Assembly: GCA_965218935.1 (NCBI GenBank)
Contig: CBDCMH010000008.1
Span: 117,229-181,228 of the forward strand
Direction: 5' to 3'
Source: Acidobacteriota bacterium
GTDB taxonomy: Bacteria; Acidobacteriota; UBA6911; RPQK01; JADFOI01
DNA: 64,000 nucleotides
The notes beneath the pieces are model-generated. The model saw only the letters and a list, made by a program, of their open reading frames with translations, ran no database searches and was not told the DNA's origin. The position numbers were made by a program, and so were the translations under genes. Shown piece by piece: positions 27,700 to 37,942 of this stretch (position 1 is the first letter of the stretch; every line of letters begins with the position of its first letter).

Positions 27700-29358
27700 C
27701 TAAACGACTCGACCCGTGTGGGTCTTTCCCCATCTGGCCCTCAGCGAACCCAGCGTCTCATCCTCACCCACCTCGACTCGGGTCTCTTTGAGTTTTTCTT
27801 CCAGTTGAAGGTAATTGCCTGCAGCGGCGCTTTGGGCCTCTTTTTCTAAATGTTCCGGCCAAAACCCTTGCAGGTAGCCGTGCCAGGGCTCCTTCGGCTT
27901 GAGCTCAGGCAGACCCAATTCCTCCCAGATGGCTTTTGCCCGCTCCATATACTCCTTTCGGGGAAGGGAGAGTGGAGGGAAATCGGACTTCCGTGTGGCA
28001 TCGATGAGCAGAGAGGATTCCTCACTGTCGTAACGGCTTCCCGGGTAGTTGGTGACCATGCCGATAGGGGTGGCACCAAAAGGTCGATCGCCCACAATTT
28101 TACTGTCCTGGTGAGGCTGGGAGCGATGGGTGATCGACCAAAGCACGGCGACAGGGTCCGCCGGATTGATGTCCTCATCCACCGTGACCACGAGTTTCCC
28201 AACGCGATCTCCGTAATCCAACACGGCCTGCATGACCTCCCACGGCTCCTGGTGATTCTCTTTTCTCATCCGTACCACGACATAAGGGCGCAGGTTCACC
28301 AGCGTCTCGGTCAGGGAAACCTCCAGCACACTGGAAAATCCCTTGTTTTGAAGATAACGGTAGATGAGGGTGGACATCCCCATGGCTTTGATCTTGGAAC
28401 TCTCGCTGGGGGTCACCTGGCTGATAATCGACACCCAAACGGGATTTTTTCGGTGTGTGACGCAGGTCAGTTCAAAGACGGGGCTCAGGGTTCGGGGATC
28501 CACAACCCCCATCGACTCCCCGAAGGGACCCTCTTCCTCCAGGTATGAGGTGGGGATGATGCCTTCAAGAACAATCTCGGAGCTGGCAGGAACCTCCAGA
28601 TCGACGGTTTGGCACTTGACGAGCTGAATCGGCTCTCCGATCAGACCGCCAGCCAGGGTTAGTTCGTCCATGGTTGGAGGAACTTTTTGTGTGGCGGCAT
28701 AGGAGACAGCGGGCAGCGCTCCCACGGCCACGGCCACTTCAAGAGGCTTTCCCAGTCGCCTGCATTTTTCCCAGTGGCTGGACAGATCCTGGGGTGTACC
28801 AATCATCAGACCACTGAGTCCCGGGCCTCTAATCAGGCCACGATAGTTGCCCACGTTTCGCTGTCCTGTTTCTGGATCCTTGGTGATCCAGTGACCCCCG
28901 GTAATGTAGGGGCCGTTATCGAAGCCGGGAGTGGAAATGGGTATGGGGAACTCGGTGAAGCCACCGTGACTGAGAAGATCTGAACCGGTGTGAATCTCTT
29001 CCTGGACGGGACCGCTATCGACCAACACAGGGGCTATAGGATGGTCCATGGCGTGCAGCCACCGGTCTGTGATCTCACTCGGCTTGCATCGTACCCCCAG
29101 GCAGTAGATGGCAGCGGAACCGGCAAGACCGGCAACCAGAACAGAACCCTGATACTTCCTGTTTTTGGAATCGGTGACGTTCTCAAAGAGAAAAGCCTTT
29201 CGATCCTTCTCCTCCAATCCTCGGAACTGCCAGCGAACCAGAGGATGAAGCTCGGTGTCCTTGTTAATCTCCTTCTGGATGCGTATGAGCTTGTCGTTTT
29301 CCTCAAGTACTTGAATAAACTCTCGTAAATCCGCGTAGTAACCTCGTTCTGGTTTCAT
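27700..29358 (-). CDS. UbiD-family prFMN-dependent (de)carboxylase
   Basis: RNVGNYR, EIVLEG, EEGPFGE, VDEDINP.D. Confidence 0.9.
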   Translation of the reverse strand: MKPERGYYADLREFIQVLEENDKLIRIQKEINKDTELHPLVRWQFRGLEEKDRKAFLFENVTDSKNRKYQGSVLVAGLAGSAAIYCLGVRCKPSEITDRWLHAMDHPIAPVLVDSGPVQEEIHTGSDLLSHGGFTEFPIPISTPGFDNGPYITGGHWITKDPETGQRNVGNYRGLIRGPGLSGLMIGTPQDLSSHWEKCRRLGKPLEVAVAVGALPAVSYAATQKVPPTMDELTLAGGLIGEPIQLVKCQTVDLEVPASSEIVLEGIIPTSYLEEEGPFGESMGVVDPRTLSPVFELTCVTHRKNPVWVSIISQVTPSESSKIKAMGMSTLIYRYLQNKGFSSVLEVSLTETLVNLRPYVVVRMRKENHQEPWEVMQAVLDYGDRVGKLVVTVDEDINPADPVAVLWSITHRSQPHQDSKIVGDRPFGATPIGMVTNYPGSRYDSEESSLLIDATRKSDFPPLSLPRKEYMERAKAIWEELGLPELKPKEPWHGYLQGFWPEHLEKEAQSAAAGNYLQLEEKLKETRVEVGEDETLGSLRARWGKTHTGRVV

Positions 29359-29402
29359 AGTGGAGGCATTCTACCCTCAATCGTTCAAAAATGCGAAAAG
29401 CG

Positions 29403-30488
29403 TCAGCGCGTGTAAAAGGGCGTTTTCACCACCTTGGCCTGGACCTGTTTGCCACGAATCTCCACCTGCAGCGGCTGACCGATCTTGCCATACTGGATGG
29501 GGAGATAGATCAATCCCACACTTTTTTGCAGGGAAGGAGCAAAGCTGCCACTGGTGACCTGGCCCACCTCGGCCCCATCCACTGAGACCGGGTAGTGATC
29601 GCGGGCGATTCCCCGTTCCACCATCTCAAAACCGGCCAGTTGGCGCTTTTTCTCCTCTTCTTTGAGCTTTTCCAGGGTATGGTGCCCGATGAAGTCTCCT
29701 TTGCCGAGTTGGACAATCCAGCCCAGACCGGCTTCCCAGGGGGTGGTGGTCTCATCGATCTCGTTTCCATAAAGGCAGTAGGCCACTTCCAATCGCAGGG
29801 TGTTGCGGGCGGCCAACCCGGCCGCCGTGATTTCGAAGGGCTTTCCCACCTGAAATAGTCGCTCCCAGATGGATGGTGCCGCCTCCACAGGGATATAGAT
29901 CTCAAACCCATCCTCTCCCGTATAGCCTGTCCTCGAGATCAGGGCTCGAGTCCCGTTCACGTTTGCATGGGTAAACCAGTAGTACTGGATTGTGGAGAGG
30001 TCCAGGTCGGTGAGCTGCTGGAGCACGGCTTCGGCCTTGGGCCCCTGGATGGCCAGCTGCACATAGGAATCGCTGTTGTCGAGGATATCCACCTTCCCCT
30101 GCTGTTGTGCCTTGACCCATCGATAATCCTTGTCTCTGTTGGCTGCGTTGACGCAAACGAAGATGTGCTGCTCATTGATACGGTAAACCACGATGTCGTC
30201 AATGAAGGTTCCCTGAGGATTGAGGAATGCCGAATACTGCGCCTGCCCGTCAGACAGCCGGGAGATGTCATTGCTGGTCACCTTTTGGGCCATGGTAAGA
30301 GCATCTTGGCCGACAAGCTCGATCTCGCCCATATGGCTGACGTCGAAAACTCCCACCCCTTGCCGGACTGCCAAATGTTCCTTGAGAGCGCTGCCATAGT
30401 GTACGGGCATTTCCCAACCCGCAAAATCCACCATCCGCGCACCGTATTTCCTGTGAAGGGCATTCAAAGGCGTTTTCTTCAAAGTCAT
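29403..30488 (-). CDS. gcvT: Glycine cleavage T protein
   Basis: TPLNALH, FDVSHMG, SRTGYTGEDGFE, TLRLE. Confidence 0.95.
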   Translation of the reverse strand: MTLKKTPLNALHRKYGARMVDFAGWEMPVHYGSALKEHLAVRQGVGVFDVSHMGEIELVGQDALTMAQKVTSNDISRLSDGQAQYSAFLNPQGTFIDDIVVYRINEQHIFVCVNAANRDKDYRWVKAQQQGKVDILDNSDSYVQLAIQGPKAEAVLQQLTDLDLSTIQYYWFTHANVNGTRALISRTGYTGEDGFEIYIPVEAAPSIWERLFQVGKPFEITAAGLAARNTLRLEVAYCLYGNEIDETTTPWEAGLGWIVQLGKGDFIGHHTLEKLKEEEKKRQLAGFEMVERGIARDHYPVSVDGAEVGQVTSGSFAPSLQKSVGLIYLPIQYGKIGQPLQVEIRGKQVQAKVVKTPFYTR

Positions 30489-30520
30489 GAAATCACTCAA
30501 GGGTAAGTCCTGCTATAGTT

Positions 30521-31441
30521 GTGCCCAGCTCAACTGCCAGGAAGAAAACAATGACCAAGTGGCTGGACTCGACAAAGATTTTCCTTGCGGTGATGATTTA
30601 TGTGGCCGTATCATGGTTTGCCGCCGGACAGGCGGCTTCCGGGACCCGCCACTATTTCTTTCTCTCCGATCAGCGCGTCATCACGGTCGAACTGATCAAT
30701 GAGCAAAAATCAATTTTAAACTATATCAATCTTGGCGACTCGTTCGAGATTATTCAAGCACCAGAGCTTCTTATTTTAGATGCAGAGGGTCTCCCCTACC
30801 ATGGACATGTCATCGAGGTGGAGAATGCCAACCATCCCGGCGACCGGTTCAAAGTGACGGAACTCGTTCAGCCCGATCGCTATGTGGGCTACAACATTTT
30901 GGGAAATTACCGGTTTCAGGCACCTCCGGAGAAGGTGTTCTTGAAGGTCGGCTCTCGCATCGTGGAACTCGAGCCTGTTTCCGAAAGTGACTTCAATTTG
31001 CTGGCCTCCAAAATCGGAAATCTGGATCTCGCCATGCAAAATGGAAAACAAATGGTTTTAATGGCGGGTTTTCATCAAGGGTACGGAACGATTTACGGGA
31101 GCGGTGCGGCTGAAGTGGCCCAAATCGCGAGTCACTTCCCGGATCTCGAGATTGTGCCTCCTGTGCTCATTGCCAGTGCGCAGCCGGTGCTTCCTGCCTC
31201 TTTTGCTCATTTGCCCGACCCGGTTGTCGTTGAGTTGAACGGCCGGGTGAGCCGGTCCGGAGCGCTATCCGATATCGAGGTCGTGCACAGCGTCGCGCCC
31301 CGCCTGGATCAGCTTGCCCGCGAGACGGCGCAAAACACATGGACCTTCCTGCCTGCTATTTCCAAAGGAGAAGTTGCCGACATCCAGCTGACCTTCAATG
31401 TGGTCTTTCGTAGAGGCGCCCCGGAGCGCCCGAGGCGCTAG
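30521..31441 (+). CDS. Exported hypothetical protein with TonB-C-like C-terminal domain
   Basis: Signal/TM near MTKWLDS; C-terminal VELNGRVSRSG..SDIEV..WTFLPA. Confidence 0.6.
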   Translation: MPSSTARKKTMTKWLDSTKIFLAVMIYVAVSWFAAGQAASGTRHYFFLSDQRVITVELINEQKSILNYINLGDSFEIIQAPELLILDAEGLPYHGHVIEVENANHPGDRFKVTELVQPDRYVGYNILGNYRFQAPPEKVFLKVGSRIVELEPVSESDFNLLASKIGNLDLAMQNGKQMVLMAGFHQGYGTIYGSGAAEVAQIASHFPDLEIVPPVLIASAQPVLPASFAHLPDPVVVELNGRVSRSGALSDIEVVHSVAPRLDQLARETAQNTWTFLPAISKGEVADIQLTFNVVFRRGAPERPRR

Positions 31442-31585
31442 CTCGTATTTCTCACACTCGATCTACTCCGTGGGCGGATCTGGCCGCGTCTACTGCGTTA
31501 TGCGACCGGCAAGCGGGTCACACGTCTTGTGTTCACAGCCACCTCCCCCGCCTCGCTACGATCGAGTGTGAGAAGTGCGGGCTAG
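31438..31585. mobile_element. CTAG-flanked MITE-like element
   Basis: CTAG at both ends and IRs ctcgtatttctcacactcgat / atcgagtgtgagaagtgcggg. Confidence 0.75.
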
Positions 31586-31596
31586 GTATGCCAGCT

Positions 31597-32418
31597 CTAC
31601 GTTTCGGATTCGGCACCTGAGGTGCCTCCCACCTTCTGCTGAAAGTAATGCTCGATGGCACGGACGAGATCAGGGGCCGAGGATCTCTGGGCCTGGGCCA
31701 CGATCTTGAATCCATGTTCCCGGGCGGTAGCTGCCGTAATAGGCCCGATCACCGCGCAGCGAAACTGTCGGACATCTCCCACCTCTTTTGCCAGGCTGGC
31801 GAAGTTGCTCACTGTCGAGGCACTGGTGAAGGTGATCAAGTCGGGAGGTCGGCTCTCTAACAGTTGAGACAGCTGGGAGCGGCTCTCCGCGGGCACGACC
31901 GTGTCATAGACTTCAATCAGCTTCACCTCGGCCCCTAGCTCTCGGAGTGCTTGTGGAAGCAGCTCACGAGCCCGGCTGGCCCGAGGCAGGAGTATACGCA
32001 AACCCTCGACCCGGTCGCCGTTGAAGTCCAGGAAGTCCTTGAGGATACCCTCGGCCTGATAGAGCTCGGGAACCAGGGTAACGGTATATCCGTAGCTTTT
32101 CACCCTGTCAGCAGTTGCAGGTCCAACGGTGCAGATCTTGGGTAATGGGGAGTCTCCCGCTGGATCAGGCAATTTCCCTAAAGCCTGAGCCCGATCCATA
32201 AAAATTTCGGCCGCATTGGAACTGGTGAACATCAGCCAGTCGCAGTTCTCCAACGCCTCAACAGCACGGTCCACTTCCGAATCGGGGCGAGGACGAATCT
32301 CGATGGTGGGCAGGTGCACGACTTGAGCGCCTGCCTCCTCGAGAAGATGCTGGAACTCAGGAGCCTGGCCCTGGGCTCGGGTAATGAGAATGGTGCGATT
32401 GTGCAAGGGTAGACTCAT
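31597..32418 (-). CDS. hemD: Uroporphyrinogen-III synthase
   Basis: ILITRAQGQ, FTSSNA, ITFTSAS, IGPITA. Confidence 0.93.
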   Translation of the reverse strand: MSLPLHNRTILITRAQGQAPEFQHLLEEAGAQVVHLPTIEIRPRPDSEVDRAVEALENCDWLMFTSSNAAEIFMDRAQALGKLPDPAGDSPLPKICTVGPATADRVKSYGYTVTLVPELYQAEGILKDFLDFNGDRVEGLRILLPRASRARELLPQALRELGAEVKLIEVYDTVVPAESRSQLSQLLESRPPDLITFTSASTVSNFASLAKEVGDVRQFRCAVIGPITAATAREHGFKIVAQAQRSSAPDLVRAIEHYFQQKVGGTSGAESET

Positions 32419-33359
32419 GGCTGGTATTGAATGGTGGACTCTTCGAGCAGTTTGTCTCCACCGTGAGCCAACAAGTAGCGGGCCGCCTCCAGGGCGAGTT
32501 CGTCCAGCTCCTGGGGCTTTCCCTGGGAGGCCGTCCTGGCCATCTGAAGAGTGCGAGGGCCGGCCACAAAGGCGGTGAAGGTGGCTTGTCCCTTTTCAAT
32601 GGAAGCGTGGGCGCCCATGGGGACATCGCATCCCCCTCCCATTTTTTCCAGAAATCGTCTCTCGGCCAAGGCACAGCGTCGGGTCGAGGGGTCGTCCAAC
32701 GGGGCCACAATTTGGCGAGTTCTTTCGTCGTCTATTCGGATTTCTACGGCCAAGGCACCCTGACCGATGGCCGGAACCATTTCCTCCACAGGGAAGAGGT
32801 AGGCAATCTCGTCTTGAAGTCCCAGTCGATTCAAGCCGGCCGCCGCCAGGATGGTTCCGTCCAGATTCTCTCGTTGAACCTTCTTGATGCGGGTGTCCAC
32901 GTTGCCCCGTATGGGAGAGATCACCAGGTCGGGACGCAGCAGCAGCAGTTGGACGCGACGGCGAAGGGAGCCGGTACCCAGTCTGGCCCCCTGGGGCAGC
33001 GCCAGAAAGGAAGAGATCTCAGGGGATGCCGCCACCAGCGCGTCGCGTGCATCTTGTCTGGGTGGAAAGGCCGCCAGGGTCAATCCCTCAGGCGTTTCCG
33101 TGGGAAGATCCTTGAGACTGTGAACCGCCAGATCGATCTGCTGCTTTAAAAGGGCTTCTTCGATCTCTTTGACGAATAGCCCCTTAACACCGGTTGCCAG
33201 TTTGGAAAGGGCGGTGTGAGGTATTTTGTCACCCGTCGTCCGGATGATCTCGATGCGGGCTTCAAGATCCGGGTGGTGTTCGTGGAGTGCTTCTTGAAGA
33301 AGTTTGGACTGCCTCAGTGCCAACTGGCTGCCCCGAGAGCCAATGACGATTTTCCTCAT
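32415..33359 (-). CDS. hemC: Porphobilinogen deaminase
   Basis: GSRGSQLA, AVHSLKD, RGNVDTR, GGCDVP. Confidence 0.96.
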   Translation of the reverse strand: MRKIVIGSRGSQLALRQSKLLQEALHEHHPDLEARIEIIRTTGDKIPHTALSKLATGVKGLFVKEIEEALLKQQIDLAVHSLKDLPTETPEGLTLAAFPPRQDARDALVAASPEISSFLALPQGARLGTGSLRRRVQLLLLRPDLVISPIRGNVDTRIKKVQRENLDGTILAAAGLNRLGLQDEIAYLFPVEEMVPAIGQGALAVEIRIDDERTRQIVAPLDDPSTRRCALAERRFLEKMGGGCDVPMGAHASIEKGQATFTAFVAGPRTLQMARTASQGKPQELDELALEAARYLLAHGGDKLLEESTIQYQP

Positions 33360-34624
33360 GGGTCTTCGTCCAGGCGGAAAATTTTTCGGATCAGCTGGAT
33401 CTTGTGAAGACGACGAGTCGGATCTTCATCCGCTTGTCGAATCTCAGAGATGAAGGGATGAGCAATCTTGTGGGCGGTGCTTCGAAGCGCCTTCTCCAGT
33501 CGCTCGTATTCCTGGGGATCCAGGCCCTTGTGGTTGCTTTTCAGTTCCTCCAAACAGATCTCCTCAATGCGATGCCTCAGAGAACGGATCAGAGGCCCGG
33601 CGCTGCGGGTGCTGAACAGGTTCATGTAGTTGCCGGTTTCTCTATCGACGATCTCCTCGGCAATTTCCGCTTCTTCGCATCGCTGGCGAATATTGGCGTC
33701 TATGACCGATTGCAGGTCGTCAACGTCGTAAAGAAAAACATTCTCCAGCTCATTGACGTGGGGGTCGACATTGCGGGGGACGGAGATATCAATGATAAAC
33801 AGTGGCCGATATCGCCGCTTTTTGATGATGGCTTCAAGACGACTTTTGTCCAGCAGCAGGGAAGTGGAGCCGGTGCACACCAGGGCGATGTCCGCCCGAA
33901 CCAAGTAGGCCTCGAGATCTTCGAACGGAACCGTCGTGGCCAGCAATTGGGCGGCCAGTTCTTGGCCGCGCTTGGGTGTCCGGTTGGCGACAAAGATCTG
34001 GCTGATTCCCGAATCGAGAAGGTTGCGCGCCGCCAGCTCACCCATTTCCCCCGCTCCCAGGAGAAGCGTCGTTTTGCCTGTGAGGTCCCCAAAGATTTTA
34101 CGGGCCAGCTCCACGGCAACGGAACTGATGGAAACGGCCGAGACTCCGATTCGAGTCGAGTTTCTCACCTTTTTGGCTACGAAAAAAGCCCGGGGGATCA
34201 AGTCTTTGAGGTAAGTTCCTACACTTCCCACCTGGCAGGCCTCAGCATAAGCCTGTTTCACCTGGGAAAGGATCTGGGGTTCTCCCACCACCATGGAATC
34301 CAGGCTGCTAGTCACTCGAAAAACGTGCCGTACGGCGTCACGGCGCAGATAACTGTACAGGTAGTCCTCGAGAAACGGAGGCTTCAGGGTGTGATAGGAA
34401 TAGAGAAAGTCCTTCACCGACTGGACGATCTGGGCCTGGCTTTTCTGTCCGTGGGCGAGAATTTCCACTCGATTACAGGTGGAGACGATCATCCCTTCCT
34501 GCAAATCAGACTCGGTTTGCAGACGCTTGAGAGCTGAGTGTAAATGCTCCTCAGCGAAGGCGATCCGCTCCCGTATTTCAACGGGTGCCGTTTTATGATT
34601 GAGTCCGACTAAAACGAGATCCAT
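33356..34624 (-). CDS. hemA: Glutamyl-tRNA reductase
   Basis: GLNHKTAP, STCNRVE, SLDSMVVGEPQI. ATG 34624 overlaps the ccsA stop (TAATG). Confidence 0.95.
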   Translation of the reverse strand: MDLVLVGLNHKTAPVEIRERIAFAEEHLHSALKRLQTESDLQEGMIVSTCNRVEILAHGQKSQAQIVQSVKDFLYSYHTLKPPFLEDYLYSYLRRDAVRHVFRVTSSLDSMVVGEPQILSQVKQAYAEACQVGSVGTYLKDLIPRAFFVAKKVRNSTRIGVSAVSISSVAVELARKIFGDLTGKTTLLLGAGEMGELAARNLLDSGISQIFVANRTPKRGQELAAQLLATTVPFEDLEAYLVRADIALVCTGSTSLLLDKSRLEAIIKKRRYRPLFIIDISVPRNVDPHVNELENVFLYDVDDLQSVIDANIRQRCEEAEIAEEIVDRETGNYMNLFSTRSAGPLIRSLRHRIEEICLEELKSNHKGLDPQEYERLEKALRSTAHKIAHPFISEIRQADEDPTRRLHKIQLIRKIFRLDEDP

Positions 34625-35433
34625 TAGAGAAAGGAATGCAACCCTCCCAGGTAGCGTGCCCCCAAAAAGGTGAAAAGAACGGAGAGGAAACCGGCCATGC
34701 TGATCACGGCTGCCCTCTTCCCGCGCCATCCTGCCGTCAAACGCAGATAAATCAGCACCAGATAGATGACCCAGGTGACGAGTGCCGCGATGACCTTCGG
34801 ATCGCTTTGCCATCCCCCGACCCAATCCTGCTCGGCCCAAATGACACCCGCCAAAAGGCCCAGGGTCATAAAGCAGAAGCCGGATATCAGAAACTTGTAA
34901 AACAGGTCATCCAGAAGTACCAGGGAAGGCAGCCAGTAATAAAAGGTTTTCGGCTTCTTGCCTTTCAGCTCTCGCTCTTGAAAGAGATAAAGGAGACTGG
35001 CGATGAAGGTGACAAAAAACATTCCGTAAGCCAGAAAGAGGCAGATGGTATGCCAGTAGATCCAGGAGCTGCTGAGAATCTCAGGAACCGGGGAAGATTT
35101 GATGAAAATCGTTCCCAGCATCAAAACGGTGACCAAGGGGAGCAGGAAAAGTCCAAGAGGCTTAATTCGATAACGCAAATGGGAGATAAAAAAGCAGAGA
35201 GAAACCGTCCAGGCGAAAAATGCCAGCGCCTCTCGCAAGTCGGTCAGCGGGAGGTGGGATTTTTCCACAGCACTGTAAATGAGAAAAGCGGAGTGCAGAG
35301 CAAAACCTACCCCCACCGAAAAGATAGCGATTCTGTGGAAGACATTGGTTTTCTTGGACACAAAGGCTGCCACGCTATGGAGAAGTCCCAGCACGTAAAA
35401 GCCAAAAGCTGAGTTAAAGAGAAGTACACTCAC
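34624..35433 (-). CDS. ccsA: Cytochrome c assembly membrane protein (CcsA/HemX type)
   Basis: Multi-TM protein with a WWD-like G.IWA...W..DPK motif, upstream of hemA. Confidence 0.85.
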   Translation of the reverse strand: MSVLLFNSAFGFYVLGLLHSVAAFVSKKTNVFHRIAIFSVGVGFALHSAFLIYSAVEKSHLPLTDLREALAFFAWTVSLCFFISHLRYRIKPLGLFLLPLVTVLMLGTIFIKSSPVPEILSSSWIYWHTICLFLAYGMFFVTFIASLLYLFQERELKGKKPKTFYYWLPSLVLLDDLFYKFLISGFCFMTLGLLAGVIWAEQDWVGGWQSDPKVIAALVTWVIYLVLIYLRLTAGWRGKRAAVISMAGFLSVLFTFLGARYLGGLHSFL

Positions 35434-35484
35434 GGGACGCCCATTATAGCAGCACGGTTGGGGCACTGTGGTATCATTTGTCGC

Positions 35485-36135
35485 GTGAATTTCGGTGGGA
35501 TTGATCCGGTAGAGATTCTGATCGTTATTGCGGTTGTCTTATTTTCCTTGAGTATTCACGAGTCTGCTCATGCCTGGACAGCGGATTGGCTTGGGGATGC
35601 CACCGGTCGTCATTTGGGCCGGGTGACCTTGAATCCGCTCGTACATATTGACCCCATGGGAAGCATCGTTTTCCCGCTCATAGGATTCGTCATGGCAGGG
35701 TTTATCTTCGGTTGGGCAAAACCGGTGCCCGTCAATCCTCGCCACCTGAAAAACCCCAAAAGGGATCATATCTTTATTGCCGCGGCTGGTCCCGCCAGTA
35801 ACGTGGTGGCAGCGCTGGCCTTTCTCATTGTGTTGAAAATCATGAATCTGCTGGCACCAGCACTGAGTGGAGGGAATCATCCTCTGTACCCCTTGTTTTT
35901 TTTCTGTTACTTGGGGTTGTTGCTCAATGTCATTCTGGCCGTTTTTAACCTCATACCCATTCCACCGCTGGATGGAAGCTGGGTCCTTTCCGGCCTTTTG
36001 CCCCATGATCTTTCCGTTCTTTATGATCGCATCAGGCCTTACGGGTTCATGCTTTTGATTTTGCTTCTGTTCTCCGGGGCTTTGGGAGAGATTATCGGTC
36101 CGATCTGGGGTTTCGTGCAGGGCCTGATCGTTTAA
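35485..36135 (+). CDS. Site-2 protease (M50)
   Basis: HESAH and NLIPIPPLDG. Confidence 0.93.
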   Translation: MNFGGIDPVEILIVIAVVLFSLSIHESAHAWTADWLGDATGRHLGRVTLNPLVHIDPMGSIVFPLIGFVMAGFIFGWAKPVPVNPRHLKNPKRDHIFIAAAGPASNVVAALAFLIVLKIMNLLAPALSGGNHPLYPLFFFCYLGLLLNVILAVFNLIPIPPLDGSWVLSGLLPHDLSVLYDRIRPYGFMLLILLLFSGALGEIIGPIWGFVQGLIV

Positions 36136-36155
36136 CCAGATGAATGCTTTGAACG

Positions 36156-37142
36156 ATGAAAAAAAGAATATTTAGCGGGATGCGGCCAACAGGCCGACTG
36201 CATCTGGGAAACTTCTTCGGAGCTCTGCAAAGTTGGGTGAATCTGCAGGATGAGTACGAGTGTATCTTCGGAATCGTGGACTACCATGCCCTGACGACCG
36301 ATTACGAAGACGTGGAGCAAATCGGTCCAAGTGTCTTGCAAGTGGCCATCGACTGGCTCGCCAGTGGAATCGATCCCGCAAAGTCCACGATTATGATCCA
36401 ATCCCTTGTTCCCGAGCATACCGAGCTTCACCTGCTGCTTTCCATGATTGTCCCGCTGCCCTGGTTGGAGCGCGTGCCAACCTATAAAGAACAGATACAG
36501 CAGCTCCCGGAAAAGGACCTTTTAACCTATGGCTTTCTGGGGTATCCGCTGCTTCAGGCAGCCGACATTCTCGTTTATAAAGCAGACGCCGTTCCGGTAG
36601 GCGAAGACCAGGTCGCCCATATCGAGCTGTGTCGGGAAATTGCTCGCCGCTTCAATCACTTCTACGCCGCCGTCTTTCCTGAACCCCAGGCCAAGTTAAC
36701 CAAAATGGCGCGCTTGCCGGGAACCGATGGCCGCAAGATGAGCAAGAGCTACCGCAACGAGATTCAGCTCTCGGAGGACCCCAAAAGCATTTCCCAAAAA
36801 GTGCTGAAGATGATGACGGATCCTGCCCGCGTCCGTCGCACGGATCCGGGTAATCCCGAAGTGTGTCCCGTTTTTGAGTATCATAAGCTTCTCACCGATG
36901 GTGAAGGCCGAAAGTGGGTGACGGAGGGCTGCACGACGGCGGGGATCGGTTGCATGGACTGTAAGCAATTGCTGCTGAAAAACATGCTTCCCGTTATCGA
37001 GTCGCTCCATGAAAAAAGAGTGGAACTGGAAAAACAGCCCGATCGAGTCAAGGAGTTGCTCGTGGAGGGAAGCAGCAAGGCCCAGGGTATAGCCCGGGAG
37101 ACCATGACCCAGGTACGTCAGGCCATGAAGATAGACTACTGA
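36156..37142 (+). CDS. trpS: Tryptophan-tRNA ligase
   Basis: PTGRLHLGN (HIGH) and KMSKS. Confidence 0.97.
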   Translation: MKKRIFSGMRPTGRLHLGNFFGALQSWVNLQDEYECIFGIVDYHALTTDYEDVEQIGPSVLQVAIDWLASGIDPAKSTIMIQSLVPEHTELHLLLSMIVPLPWLERVPTYKEQIQQLPEKDLLTYGFLGYPLLQAADILVYKADAVPVGEDQVAHIELCREIARRFNHFYAAVFPEPQAKLTKMARLPGTDGRKMSKSYRNEIQLSEDPKSISQKVLKMMTDPARVRRTDPGNPEVCPVFEYHKLLTDGEGRKWVTEGCTTAGIGCMDCKQLLLKNMLPVIESLHEKRVELEKQPDRVKELLVEGSSKAQGIARETMTQVRQAMKIDY

Positions 37143-37213
37143 AATACGGTGCTGGTGCAGTTATGTTTGTGGATGGGCTTGCGAGGTCAGGGCAAGGAAT
37201 GACTCACTGATTC

Positions 37214-37942
37214 ATGCAGGTGCAAGGCGGGTCGCAGACACAGGACTATACCATTCAACTGGAGGTCTTTGAAGGCCCTCTGGACCTGCTTCTCCATCTC
37301 ATCCGCCAGCAAGAGATCGACATCTACCAGATTCCCATCGCCCAGATCACCGATCAGTATCTGCACTATCTGGAAATGATGAAAGATCTCAACATCACCA
37401 TTGCAGGAGACTTCCTGGTGATGGCCGCCACTTTGATTCATATCAAATCAGGGATGCTGCTTCCTGCTGAGCCCGGTTCTCAGATGGCCGAGGAGGTCGA
37501 GCAGTCGCGCAACGAACTGGTTGAGCGGCTGTTGGAGCATGAAAGGTTTAAACAGGCCGCCCAGATGCTTTATGAGCGTGAAACGGTCGAACTCTGTGTG
37601 TGGCCCCCGGAAGACAACGAGTTCGAAGAGGAGGAAAAGGAGCTGATATCGGCCGATGTGTTTGATCTGGTGAGTGCCTTTAACCGCATGGTGGAACGCT
37701 ATAAAGATCAGATCGTCATGGAAATTAAACACGAGGCGGTGTCCCTTGAAGAGAAGATCATAGAGATTCGACGTCTGCTCACAGTGCAGGGGGAATTCCT
37801 TTTCTCGCTTTTTTTCCAGAAAAAAGTTTCCCGCCTTCATCTAGCGGTCACCTTCTTTGCTTTGTTGGAGTTGACAAGGCTAAAGGAGATTCAACTGGTT
37901 CAAAAGGGTCTTTTTGAGGACATTCGTATTCTGGCATGTTAG
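37214..37942 (+). CDS. scpA: Segregation/condensation protein A
   Basis: FEGPLDLLLHLI; TFFALLEL. Confidence 0.95.
   Translation: MQVQGGSQTQDYTIQLEVFEGPLDLLLHLIRQQEIDIYQIPIAQITDQYLHYLEMMKDLNITIAGDFLVMAATLIHIKSGMLLPAEPGSQMAEEVEQSRNELVERLLEHERFKQAAQMLYERETVELCVWPPEDNEFEEEEKELISADVFDLVSAFNRMVERYKDQIVMEIKHEAVSLEEKIIEIRRLLTVQGEFLFSLFFQKKVSRLHLAVTFFALLELTRLKEIQLVQKGLFEDIRILAC

Noticed and set aside
30488-30551. Glycine riboswitch before gcvT
   Set aside because: Only about 60 bp separate gcvT from a divergent gene; no aptamer motifs.
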